In this document: piece after piece, positions 38,124 through 47,252 of the stretch | How positions within the stretch are numbered: position 1 is the stretch's first letter | How the letters are laid out: each line of letters begins with the position of its first letter | DNA from: Dehalococcoidia bacterium | GTDB taxonomy: Bacteria > Chloroflexota > Dehalococcoidia > Lucifugimonadales > UBA3495 | Length of the DNA stretch: 64,000 nucleotides | NCBI GenBank assembly: GCA_965243185.1 | Contig: OZ251531.1 | Span: forward strand, 72,698-136,697 | Direction: 5' to 3' | Program-made: the position numbers and the translations under genes | The notes under the pieces: model-generated | Told to the model about the DNA's origin: nothing | The model's database searches: none | What the model saw: only the letters and a program-made list of their open reading frames with translations

Positions 38124-38891
38124 CTACGCCGTCAGCTGATACTGCTCCAAAACCTCCGCCGGAAAATCGGCGTTAGTATAAGCCTTCTGCACATCCGCCA
38201 AATCCTCCAGCAAATCCAGCAGCCGCAGCGTCTGCTCCGCCGCCCGATTATCCAAAGCAATGGTGGACTTCGGCGCCATAACAATATCCGCCGCCTCCGG
38301 CGTCACCCCCTCCGCCGCCAACGCCCCCTGCACCGCTTGCAGCGTATCCGGCGCCGTATAAATCTCCAGCGTCCCCTCCTCAATTTTCACATCCTCCGCC
38401 CCGGCGTCAATCGCCAGCAAACCCAGCTCCTCGGCCCGCTCATCGTCAGCAATGGCGACCGTCAACGCCCCCTTGACCTCAAAGTTCCACGCCACGCATC
38501 CCGACTCCCCCAAACTGCCGCCGCCCTTGTTAAACGCCGACCGCACCTCCGCCGCCGTCCGATTGCGGTTATCCGTCAACGCTTGCAGCAGAATCGCCCC
38601 CCCGCCCGGGCCATAGCCCTCATAAGTAATCTCCACCAGGCTGTCCGCCGCATCGCCGCCCTCCCCCGCACCCCGTTTCACCGCCCGTGCGATGCTGTCC
38701 TGCGGCATATTATTGGCCTTCGCCTTGTCAATCGCCAGCCGCAGCCGAAAGTTCATATCCGGATCCCCGCCACCGCCCTGACTCGCCGCCAGCGTAATAT
38801 CCCGGGCCAACTTAGTGAACAGCGCGCCCCGCTTGGCGTCCGCCGCCCCCTTGGCCCGCTTAATCGTCGACCACTTGGAATGTCCCGACAT
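38124..38891 (-). CDS. yebC: YebC/PmpR family protein
   Basis: MSGHSKWSTIKRAKG, YEGYGPGG, TDNRNRT, GESGCVAWNF and DVQKAYTN motifs. Confidence 0.98.
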   Translation of the reverse strand: MSGHSKWSTIKRAKGAADAKRGALFTKLARDITLAASQGGGGDPDMNFRLRLAIDKAKANNMPQDSIARAVKRGAGEGGDAADSLVEITYEGYGPGGGAILLQALTDNRNRTAAEVRSAFNKGGGSLGESGCVAWNFEVKGALTVAIADDERAEELGLLAIDAGAEDVKIEEGTLEIYTAPDTLQAVQGALAAEGVTPEAADIVMAPKSTIALDNRAAEQTLRLLDLLEDLADVQKAYTNADFPAEVLEQYQLTA

Positions 38892-39022
38892 AAGAGTGCC
38901 TCCCTATGCCTTGCCTACCCTTTCCCCCTGCTTTCCCGCCCCGAATTGTACCACCACCCCAACCCCAGGTCAAAGGGCTTTCCGCCGTCCTATCCCCCAT
39001 CGCAACCGCCATTCCCACACCA

Positions 39023-39141
39023 ACCGTCATTCCACCCTCCCCCCGTCATCCCCACCCTCGACCGTCATTCCCACGAAAGTGGGAATCCAGAACCCCCGCC
39101 CTTATAGCATTATGTCATTCCGAGGCGCAGCCGAGGAATCT
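39023..39141 (+). repeat. REP cluster between yebC and the MmeI-like gene
   Basis: Full CGTCATTCCCACGAAAGTGGGAATCCAG at 39063-39090, partial units at 39023 and 39043, and a GTCATTCCGAG unit at 39114. Confidence 0.8.
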
Positions 39142-39181
39142 CGACGCCCCCACCGGAGCCAAACCCGGCCACCGCAAACCC

Positions 39182-41917
39182 TCACCCCGCCCGCTCCAAA
39201 TTCAACGCCAGCAAACGCCCCAAAATCACCTGCTCCTCCAAATCCACCGCCCACCCATAAGCCGCCGCCACCGCCGCATCCAACTCCCGATGCGCATTGA
39301 CCAGCCAAGTCGGACTCTGGTTATACAAGTTCGTCAAAGTCCGCCCTTTCCGTTCCGCCTCCGTCAACCCCGGCTTGCCCTCCTCGTCCACCGGCTTTAA
39401 CCAATTCCCCCGCAACTCATCCAAATTAACCGCCGCCTCGGCGATAGCCGCCCTTTGCCCCTCAGTAGGTTCCGGGAACGGAAAAGTCCAAAAGCAGGCA
39501 GTGGGAATATAGCGCGATGCCGATTCCTTATCCCGCAGTTGCGGCCCCATCGCCCGGGCCCACAAATTGTGAATGCGGGAATGCAGTACGCCGAAAAAAT
39601 AATCATCGTCCCGGGCAAATACATTGGTGGCATTGTTGCAAATAGTGCCAGCCTCGACCCAAACAAAGGTCAAATGCTTGGCCGTAACCGAATGGGCTAT
39701 GTATCGGGGCAAGCCGGCAAGAGCCGCCGTCATATTCCTTGCCGGCTGGCGGGATTGCCAATAATTCCCGGCCAAATCCAGCCCGGCTTGCTCCGCCGCT
39801 TGTTTTGCCAACTCAAAAGGCGCTTCGTACGCTGCCGCTTCGGCCAAAGACCTATCGCCAAAGGCAATAGTGTAATACCCCCGGGGACGCCCGGATAGGT
39901 CTTGCCCGTTTCTTACCGGAACCAAGACATCCGAATTAGGCTTCCGATTCGGATTGCCACCAGCTGCCAAAAGTTTTGCGGCTACATCCCCGGGAATGTC
40001 AAAAGGCGAAGTGCTCGGACCGCGGAACGCAATGCCGGCATTAGCCGGCAATTTTCGGGCCGCAACCAAATCGACCTGCGGCTCGAGATTCGCAAAGATA
40101 TGTTCCACCGGCTCGCCGTCAATCGTCTTACTGGTTTGCGAACCGTCGTCAAATCCAATGATTGAAACATGGACGCTGGCCCCGTCCAGCAGCCAATCCC
40201 GGTCCGGGTAGGCCATAAATATGCCGCCCGACTCAGTTATCCGCTCCAACACTCCCCGGCTATACACCGAGCGGATATTCTGCGTAGCCAGCAAACCGGC
40301 GCGCTTGGCCTTGCCGTTAGCTATTTGCTGCCGGGCAAGCTCAAACCAATAGCAGCACAAGTCCGATGACCGTTTTATCGCAGATTTATACGCCGTGTCA
40401 ACGTCGTCGATGTATGCCCGCTCAAAGTTTTTATTCCAACTCCGGCGGCCCAAAAACGGCGGATTGCCAATGACAAAATCCGCCGCCGGCCACTCCGCTT
40501 CCCTCGGATTATCCGGATCCGCCAAATCCAGAATGGCATCCCCCTGCCGCACCGTATCCAGCGGCGTCAAAATCGGCTCCTGGACATACTCAAACCCGTT
40601 AGCCTGATGCCACTGAATATAGCCAATCCACAACGCCGTCCGCGCCAACTCCGCGGCGTAAGAGTTAATTTCCAGCCCCTGCATCTGATTCGGCTTCACC
40701 AACGGCGTCAAATCCTCCCAGCCCTGTACCGCCGCAAAGTCAATCGCCTGCCGCTCCAAATCCAGCAGGGAACGCAGCGCAATGTAAAGAAAGTTGCCGC
40801 TGCCGCAAGCCGGATCCAGCACCTTCACCCCGGCCAAACGCCGCCGGTAATCCTCCAACCGCTGCCGCGCCTTTTCCCCGTCCCCGTCCGCCAGATAATC
40901 CCCCATCTCCCCCTTGGCCGCCTCCCACTCCCGCCGCAGCGGCTCCAGCACCACCGGCTCCACCACCAGCATTATGTCCTCCGCCCCGGTGTAATGCGCC
41001 CCCAGCTGCGACCGCTTCGACGCATCCAACGCCCGCTCAAACAGCGTCCCGAATATCGACGGTTCAATGCCGTTCCAGTTCTTTTTAACCGCCTCCCCCA
41101 ACCGTTGCAGCGCCGCCGGACTCAGCTCCACCGTATCCGCCGCCTCAAACAAATCCCCGTTGAACCACGGAATTTCCGCTGCCCCGAACATCCCGCCCAC
41201 CGCCATCTGCTCAAACAACCCGCCCATCGCCCGGTTGAACGCCGTCGGATCCCGATACTCCCGGCTCACAATCTGCGTAAAGAGCTTGTCCGGCAGCAGC
41301 CCGGCATCCTCGGCGTACAGGCAGAACACGATCTGATTCAAATACCGCGCCAACCGCTCCGGATCCTCGTTATGCGCCTCCATATCCGCCACAATATCCC
41401 GGAACAAATCCGCCGTTTCCCGGGTAACCTCCTCCACCGACCGCTCCGGCCGCAAATCCCCCGGCGCAAAAAATGCGCTGCGGAGCAATTGCAGCTTTTC
41501 CGGTTCCGCCAGTTCCGGCAGCGCAATATCGTGCCGCGTCGTCACCATCCCCGGAAAGTTCGTCTGTATCCGTATCGACCGAAAAGAGGAAACAATCAGC
41601 AGCGGCGGCGTCTTGAGATGCACCTGATAGCGCAGCAGCTGGGTCATCGCCCCGTCCAAATCCCCATCGCTCCCCTTGAACTCCCACCCGAACCGCTCCT
41701 CCAGGTAAGCATCCGCAAACCCGCCCGGCACCCATTTCTCAAAAGTGAACGCCGCCGGATTGCCATACTCCCCCGGCGTAGCGTGTCCCACCATCCGGCA
41801 AATATCCAGGAACATTTCCTGCGCCGCCTGCTTTTCCCCGAACTGAACCGACATCCACTTGTTGATGAACCGTTCCGGCCGCAAACTCGGCTGCCGCGCC
41901 TCGCTAAAAAGCGTCAT
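39182..41917 (-). CDS. MmeI-like type IIL/IIG fused restriction endonuclease / N6-adenine methyltransferase
   Basis: N-terminal D…EFK (ADAYLEERFGWEFKG), FNGDLF, IEPSIFGTLFE, LGAHYT, LDPACGSGNFL and GNPPFLG motifs, TRD with LHSRIH, ~911 aa. Confidence 0.9.
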   Translation of the reverse strand: MTLFSEARQPSLRPERFINKWMSVQFGEKQAAQEMFLDICRMVGHATPGEYGNPAAFTFEKWVPGGFADAYLEERFGWEFKGSDGDLDGAMTQLLRYQVHLKTPPLLIVSSFRSIRIQTNFPGMVTTRHDIALPELAEPEKLQLLRSAFFAPGDLRPERSVEEVTRETADLFRDIVADMEAHNEDPERLARYLNQIVFCLYAEDAGLLPDKLFTQIVSREYRDPTAFNRAMGGLFEQMAVGGMFGAAEIPWFNGDLFEAADTVELSPAALQRLGEAVKKNWNGIEPSIFGTLFERALDASKRSQLGAHYTGAEDIMLVVEPVVLEPLRREWEAAKGEMGDYLADGDGEKARQRLEDYRRRLAGVKVLDPACGSGNFLYIALRSLLDLERQAIDFAAVQGWEDLTPLVKPNQMQGLEINSYAAELARTALWIGYIQWHQANGFEYVQEPILTPLDTVRQGDAILDLADPDNPREAEWPAADFVIGNPPFLGRRSWNKNFERAYIDDVDTAYKSAIKRSSDLCCYWFELARQQIANGKAKRAGLLATQNIRSVYSRGVLERITESGGIFMAYPDRDWLLDGASVHVSIIGFDDGSQTSKTIDGEPVEHIFANLEPQVDLVAARKLPANAGIAFRGPSTSPFDIPGDVAAKLLAAGGNPNRKPNSDVLVPVRNGQDLSGRPRGYYTIAFGDRSLAEAAAYEAPFELAKQAAEQAGLDLAGNYWQSRQPARNMTAALAGLPRYIAHSVTAKHLTFVWVEAGTICNNATNVFARDDDYFFGVLHSRIHNLWARAMGPQLRDKESASRYIPTACFWTFPFPEPTEGQRAAIAEAAVNLDELRGNWLKPVDEEGKPGLTEAERKGRTLTNLYNQSPTWLVNAHRELDAAVAAAYGWAVDLEEQVILGRLLALNLERAG

Positions 41918-41957
41918 AACTCCCTCCAACTTTCCCCGGTAACCCCTTGGGCAATGC

Positions 41958-42560
41958 CTACCCCATCCCCCCCATCAACCGAACCCGCATCACCCCCAAC
42001 TCCAAATCCACCCCCAACACCACCTGCCGCACCGCCGGCAGCAAAACCTCCCCCTCCGGCCCCGCCACCACATAAACATCATTGCTGCCCGTAACGATAA
42101 CCTCCCGAATACGCCCCAACTCCGCCCCCTCCTCCGTCATCACCCGCAGCCCCAGCAGTTGAAAGTGATAATACTCCCCCGCCGGCAAAACCGGCGCGCT
42201 CGTCGCCGCCACCGTAACCTCCACCCCCGCCAAAGCCCGCGCCGCCGCCCGCGTCCTCACCTCGTCCAACTTCAGAATCACCTGCTCCGGCGGCCGCAAA
42301 ACCGACCGTACCACCCGGTACGGTCGGCCGCGCAAAAACAAATCCCGACCCGCATCAAACCGCTGCGGAACATCACTCAGGCTCTTCACCCGCAGCGCTC
42401 CATCCGTGCCGTGCGGCCCCAAAACCAGCCCCACGACCACCTGCTCGCCGCCGGCCGCCCCCTCCTGGCATCCTGCGTCGCTCAAACTCTCGCTCAAAAT
42501 CGGCCCAAACCTGTTCCAAGTTGAACTAGCGACGCCGCAACGCCCCCAAATCAGCCCCAA
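41958..42560 (-). CDS. rimM: ribosome maturation factor RimM (true start probably downstream of 42560)
   Basis: VVGLVLGPHG..G.LRV, LPAGEYYHFQLLGL and TGSNDVYVV…LLPAV motifs. Confidence 0.92.
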   Translation of the reverse strand: MGLIWGRCGVASSTWNRFGPILSESLSDAGCQEGAAGGEQVVVGLVLGPHGTDGALRVKSLSDVPQRFDAGRDLFLRGRPYRVVRSVLRPPEQVILKLDEVRTRAAARALAGVEVTVAATSAPVLPAGEYYHFQLLGLRVMTEEGAELGRIREVIVTGSNDVYVVAGPEGEVLLPAVRQVVLGVDLELGVMRVRLMGGMG

Positions 42561-42575
42561 GGTATAGGGAAAGGA

Positions 42576-42803
42576 CTACACAATCTCCAGCACGGCCCGC
42601 GTCCCGTCCTTCACCGCCGCCACCCGCAGCAGCACCCGCATCGCCTGCGCCACCCGCCCCTGCCGACCGATAACCTTCCCCTTATCCTCCGGGGCCACTT
42701 CCAACCGCAGCACCACCTGGCCGTCCTCGATCGTCTCCGTAACTTGCACCGCCTCCGGATTCGTCACCAAGGAGCGGGCAATGTACTCAATCAGCTCTTT
42801 CAT
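42576..42803 (-). CDS. khpA: KH domain RNA-binding protein KhpA
   Basis: MKELIEYIARSLV.NPEAV…DKGKVIGRQGRVAQAMR; located between rpsP and rimM. Confidence 0.93.
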   Translation of the reverse strand: MKELIEYIARSLVTNPEAVQVTETIEDGQVVLRLEVAPEDKGKVIGRQGRVAQAMRVLLRVAAVKDGTRAVLEIV

Positions 42804-43072
42804 TCCGCGGCCCCCTCCGGCGACCGCATCCGCTCATAGATGCCGTCCCGCTCCAGAATCCGCTTCACCGCCGCCGACGGCTGCGCCCCCTTTTCCAACC
42901 ACGCAATGGCCCGTTCCGCCTTCAGCGTCACCGCCGGCGGATCCACCATCGGGTCATACTGACCAATCCACTCCACATAGGCACCATCCCGCGGCGCCGC
43001 CGCCTCCGCCACCACTACCCGATAGGCGGGATACTTCTTCTTCCCCACCCTTCGCAACCGAATTCGCAGCAT
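42800..43072 (-). CDS. rpsP: 30S ribosomal protein S16
   Basis: IRLRRVGKKK.PAYRVVV…PRDG.Y.E.IG.YDP…WLEKGAQPS. Confidence 0.98.
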   Translation of the reverse strand: MLRIRLRRVGKKKYPAYRVVVAEAAAPRDGAYVEWIGQYDPMVDPPAVTLKAERAIAWLEKGAQPSAAVKRILERDGIYERMRSPEGAAE

Positions 43073-43192
43073 ACCAACTCCCCCGACCGGCCACGCGCCG
43101 GCCGCAACTTGTTGCCGCCATTCTAATCCAATTCCCCCGCCCTGTCAATCGCGCCCCACGCCAAGTATTCCCTTCTTATTTTTAGTAAAAGT

Positions 43193-43274
43193 GAGGGTTC
43201 CCTTCGATTGTGGTTGATTTTCTGAATCCTCGGTTGCGCCTGGAAATCAGCTCAACCCCAATCGAAAGGAACCC
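43193..43274. other. 82-nt imperfect hairpin
   Basis: GGGTTCC-C-TTCGATTG-T-GGTTGA pairs with TCAACC-C-CAATCGAA-A-GGAACCC. Confidence 0.75.
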
Positions 43275-43369
43275 AATGTAGGGAGGGTCAAAAGGGTCAC
43301 TAATTTGGATAAGGGCAGGAGGGACTAATCCCTCCCGCTCTTTCTGGCCCGCCGGCAGTCGGGGCCGGG

Positions 43370-44128
43370 CTACTTGATGTACCGGATGGAGTGAATAGCC
43401 AACGGCGGGGCCTTTATGTATGCGCCGGGAATATCCGAACCCCACACCAGCAAATCAACCGGCTCGGTCAGATTGCCCACCGGCACTTTTATGGAGAAAG
43501 ACCGGTCGCTCACATCCCAAAGGGTTGCCTCGGCAGTCCCGGGCGTGTTCGGGTAGGATGCGCCCGGAGGGGCGGGACGGAGGATAATCAACGCGTCGCG
43601 GTCGGTGTTCCGGTATTTGATGACAAAGGTAGCGACCGACGGAGAGTTCAAGAGGGTGCGACCGCCCAATACGGTTCCCGCAGCCCGCAGTATGCCGTTC
43701 TCAATGACGGGACACTCCGACCACCGAATGGCGTCGTGTTCCTGGAAAAGGTGGGCCCCATCAGCAAAGCGGAAACAGGTAGAAGTTTCCGCCAGGGTCG
43801 GCGTGGGCCTAAGGGTAGCGGGCGGACGGGGGGTATGGGGGTAGTAGGCGGGCGTGGGCGTCGGTGGCGCAGGCGTGGCGGTCGGGTTCGGTGTGGCGGT
43901 GGGACGGGGGGTAAAGGTAGGCATAAGGGTAGCCCAAGGGGTTGGCGTGGGCGGAAGCGTGATGGCCGATTGGGACGTGGGGCGCGGCGTGGCGGTGGGG
44001 ACGGGAGTAGCGGTAGGAGACGGGGTAGCGGTGGGAGACGAGGGAACGGCCGGGGCGGCGGTAGCGCAGGCCACGGCGGTGAGCAACAAGATAGCCCCAA
44101 AGGTAAGGATGGGCCGGATTTTCAGCAT
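43370..44128 (-). CDS. lipoprotein with Pro/Thr-rich linker
   Basis: AAGGAGG RBS; LLTAVA-C lipobox; PTATP repeats; globular C-terminus. Confidence 0.8.
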   Translation of the reverse strand: MLKIRPILTFGAILLLTAVACATAAPAVPSSPTATPSPTATPVPTATPRPTSQSAITLPPTPTPWATLMPTFTPRPTATPNPTATPAPPTPTPAYYPHTPRPPATLRPTPTLAETSTCFRFADGAHLFQEHDAIRWSECPVIENGILRAAGTVLGGRTLLNSPSVATFVIKYRNTDRDALIILRPAPPGASYPNTPGTAEATLWDVSDRSFSIKVPVGNLTEPVDLLVWGSDIPGAYIKAPPLAIHSIRYIK

Positions 44129-44189
44129 AAAACCTCCTTGAGTTCCGGGTTAGGCTGTTGTGGGAGCGCAGCCGGGGCAACCATCTGCT

Positions 44190-44235
44190 GCGCGCCCGGC
44201 GGAGCCAAACAGTTTGCCGGCTCCGCCGGGCGCGC
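44190..44235. terminator. 17-bp perfect GC-rich hairpin between the two lipoprotein genes
   Basis: GCGCGCCCGGCGGAGCC (44190-44206) / GGCTCCGCCGGGCGCGC (44219-44235); no U-tract. Confidence 0.5.
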
Positions 44236-44238
44236 TGA

Positions 44239-45069
44239 TTACCGCCGCTGGTTCGTGTAGATGAGGCTGTCAAAAACCCGCTCGACGAAAGCGTCGTCAT
44301 ACTGGCCTGTCCAGTCGGCGCACACGTCCATCGTGATGACGAAAAGACGCACGGACTGAAAAATGTATAACCCGTAACTCTCTTGGTCATCGCAATAGCC
44401 AATGTTCCGCGAATACCGATACCGCGAACGCTGGATAGTTGGCGAAACTTCGTAAAAGGCATCCAGCTCAAAGCCGGGTTCTTTTTTCCTGAGGCCCAAG
44501 AAGCCATCAGCGAAGCCCGCAAGGGTAAGGTCCTTGTCCATACGCTCGCCCCGGGTTCCAGAAAAGACCATCAGGGTAGCCCGATACCAAGGGGCGTTAA
44601 AGGAAACAATGCTGTGGTGGTCGGACTCTGCCGCCCAATCCTCCGGCAAATCAACACTGAAATAAGACTTGGGGCTAAACCTTTGCCAAGGAACCGTCGG
44701 CACTGGAGTGGCCGTCGGTTGCGGCGTAGCGGTCGGTGTCGGCGTCGGCTCTAGAGTAGCGGTCGGCTCCTGGGTGGCTGTGGGTCGCGGCGTAGCGGTG
44801 GGCGTAGGAGTAGCGGTAGGCGTGGGTTCGGGCGTGGCTGTGGGTCGCGGTGTGGCAGTAGGAGTGGGGGAAGGGGTAGGGGTAGCCGTCGGTAACGGCG
44901 TGGCGGTGGGCGCAGGGGTGGGAGTAGAGGTAGCCAACGGAGTAGAGGTAGGAGTGGGCTGAGGCGTGGCCGTGGGAAGCGGGGTAGCGGTAGGGGCAGC
45001 GGTAGCGCAGGCAACGGCGGTCAGGGCAAGGACCAAGAGATAGATAAGGACGGGCAGGACTTTCCGCAT
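44239..45069 (-). CDS. lipoprotein with long PTATP linker and PsbP-like C-terminal domain
   Basis: LALTAVA-C lipobox; more than 10 PT(A/P)T repeats; WQRF…FSVDLPEDW opening typical of PsbP-like folds (inference). Confidence 0.8.
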   Translation of the reverse strand: MRKVLPVLIYLLVLALTAVACATAAPTATPLPTATPQPTPTSTPLATSTPTPAPTATPLPTATPTPSPTPTATPRPTATPEPTPTATPTPTATPRPTATQEPTATLEPTPTPTATPQPTATPVPTVPWQRFSPKSYFSVDLPEDWAAESDHHSIVSFNAPWYRATLMVFSGTRGERMDKDLTLAGFADGFLGLRKKEPGFELDAFYEVSPTIQRSRYRYSRNIGYCDDQESYGLYIFQSVRLFVITMDVCADWTGQYDDAFVERVFDSLIYTNQRR

Positions 45070-45103
45070 CAGGAACCCCCTTGCGTTCAGGATTAGGCTA
45101 CTG

Positions 45104-45216
45104 TGCGAGAGTCGCCGGGTTCCCGTGCAAAGCGCACACAAGGGGGCAAACAAGTTGCCCAACCCTGCAACAGGGCTTTGCACCAAGGGATACCGTTACT
45201 AACCGGGACTCTCGCA
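45104..45216. other. multibranched structured element upstream of the lipoprotein pair
   Basis: Nested helices TGCGAGAGTC/GACTCTCGCA, CCGG/CCGG, GGTTCCC/GGGATACC, GTGCAAAGC/GCTTTGCAC, GGGCAA/TTGCCC and CCTG/CAGG. Confidence 0.55.
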
Positions 45217-45274
45217 AGGGGGAATATACGCTCTTGCGTCGGCAGTGTCAATAGCGCCAACGGCGGCCGCCGGG

Positions 45275-46396
45275 CTAAGTCACTTTCCGCACCATCCAGC
45301 GCATATCGTCAAACTGGCCGGCCTGCAATTTGACCAACACCGTAGCCAGATAGCTCAAGGTCGACAGCAAAGCGTGGAGGGTGATTGATTTCAACCCGCG
45401 CCGGTAGTGTCGATCCAAGCTTCGGCTCTCCTTCATGGACTTGAAAATTTGCTCGATTTGCCAGCGTTTGCCGTACCACTCCTTCGATTGCCGGCTCTGG
45501 CGGCGTATCACGCCAAAAAGCCGGATGTCCTCGGCCGGGTCTTGCCAATACTCGGTATCGCAGTGGCGGATGCCCCCTCGGGTCGAATCCCGCCGGTGGC
45601 AGCCCTCCCGCCGACAGCGGTAAAGGTGCTGCCCGGCCGCATTGGTCGTCACATACTCCATCGGGACTTGCCCCAAGCCGGTGGGAACGCCCTCCGCGGT
45701 GTATATATCCTGATACAGACCGGTTTTATTGCCCGGGCGGCGGATGTGGATAACCGGGGCAATGCCTTGCCGGTAGAGATACTGGTGATTGCCGGCGGCG
45801 GCATAGCCCCGGTCGGCAATGGCGACAGCCGGCTGGAACCATTGGTATTGGTCTTTGGCCGGCGCGACCAACGGCGGCAATTCCGGGGAATCGTTGCGGC
45901 TGCCGGTAGTGATGTGTTGCGCCAGCGGGATGCCGTAATGGGCGTCGGCTATCGTGTGCATTTTGTAGCCGAAAAACCACTCCGTCCCGTCTTTCCCGGA
46001 TTTGACCGAATGCTTGACGCTCCAGGAGGCTTCCGGGTCGCTGACCGGCTTGCGGTTGGGATTGCAGTGGGAGTGGATGGCGGTGGAGTCGATGGCTACC
46101 AATTCCCCCAAGTCGGGCAGGAAGTCCTTAATCCGCTCGGCAATGCCGGCGATGACGGGCTTCAGCAAATCCGAGCGGCCCTCCAGCCGCTTGATAAAGC
46201 GGTTGAACGTCCGGCGGACGGGAAACGGGTCGCCAAAGCCGCAAAGCTCCCGCAGTTGCGGATGGTCCTGGAGCTGCCGGATAAGGGCATTGGCGCTGGG
46301 CAAGCCCAGTTGGCAGCTGACCAGGCAGGCGCGCAACAAAGGCCGGAGCGGGTATCCCGGTCGGCCATTGGCACGATATAGCGCCAGGCGCGCCAG
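45275..46396 (-). pseudogene. IS1182/IS5-like DDE transposase, N-terminally truncated
   Basis: GRPGYP, AIDST, FFGYKMH, IADRGY and YGKRWQIEQIF motifs. The frame runs up to an in-frame TAG at the neighbouring IS boundary. Confidence 0.85.
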
Positions 46397-46416
46397 CTAG
46401 GGCCTGTTGACAAACC

Positions 46417-46896
46417 TTAAAGTGCCAGCTGGCGATTGACCGCCGGCCAGCCCCCGGGGTTCTGGCCGGTTTCCTTTTCCCGCATTGCTACTACCGTGGC
46501 CGCCAAGCAAAGGGTTGCCGCGTACATTTCGCCCAACTTGCAGTAGCGCGTCGCAATTCCCCGATACTCCTTGAGGGCCGCAAAGCGGTTTTCAATCAAA
46601 TGACGCAACCCATATACCGCCGGGTCGGGCCAAGCCGGCGGTCGCCGCCGGGCCCGGGAAGGTATCACCGGCCGGATGTCCGCCGCGGCCAACCAGCTAC
46701 GGATCAGGTCCGTATCATAGGCTTTGTCGGCAATCAGTTCTTGGGTGGCAACCGCACCAATCAAATCTGGCAGCACCACGCATTCCGCCGCATTGCCCGG
46801 GCGCAGGACAAACTTGACCAGTCGCCCCATAGCGTCGGCCAAGGCCACCACCTTGGTATTCAGCCCGCCGCGACTCCGCCCGATGGCTTGGGCCAA
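46417..46896 (-). CDS. IS5/IS427 transposase OrfB (reached by frameshift)
   Basis: GRSRGGLNTK, LIADKAYD and RHLIENRFAALKEYRGIATRYCK motifs. Confidence 0.88.
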   Translation of the reverse strand: MAQAIGRSRGGLNTKVVALADAMGRLVKFVLRPGNAAECVVLPDLIGAVATQELIADKAYDTDLIRSWLAAADIRPVIPSRARRRPPAWPDPAVYGLRHLIENRFAALKEYRGIATRYCKLGEMYAATLCLAATVVAMREKETGQNPGGWPAVNRQLAL

Positions 46897-47252
46897 CCGG
46901 GATTGGTCGCGGGAGCGTCCCCTTTTGGGGCGCCAGTCCCGTGCTGATGCCCTTTGACAAAAGTCCCATCCACCATTACGGTGTCCAACTGAAGCTCGCC
47001 GGCCAAGCTGTTGAACAGCTGCTCAAAGACGCCGGCTTTAGTCCAGCGGCGGAACCGTTGATACACCGAGTTCCATTTCCCAAACTCCGGGGGCAAGTCG
47101 CGCCAAGGATCTCCAGTGCGGGCAATCCACAGGATGCCCTCAACCGTGTTCCGATTTGCTTGCAGCGGTGGCCGGCCGCCTTTCTTGGGGTCGCCCCGCA
47201 AAGCCGGCTCCAGCCGCGCCCACTGCCGGTCGGATAACATCTTACGCGCCAA
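46860..47252 (-). CDS. IS5/IS427 transposase OrfA (DUF4096)
   Basis: LSDRQW, GRPP, ILWIARTG.PWRDLPPEFGKWNSVYQRFRRW and MVDGT motifs; CCAAAAGGGG slippery run near the end. Confidence 0.9.
   Translation of the reverse strand: MARKMLSDRQWARLEPALRGDPKKGGRPPLQANRNTVEGILWIARTGDPWRDLPPEFGKWNSVYQRFRRWTKAGVFEQLFNSLAGELQLDTVMVDGTFVKGHQHGTGAPKGDAPATNPGWPKPSGGVAAG

Noticed and set aside
20579-45216. Long intergenic hairpins (20579, 28631, 43193, 45104) as integron attC sites
   Set aside because: No RYYYAAC…GTTRRRY boxes in the right arrangement, no shared sequence and no tyrosine integrase in the window.
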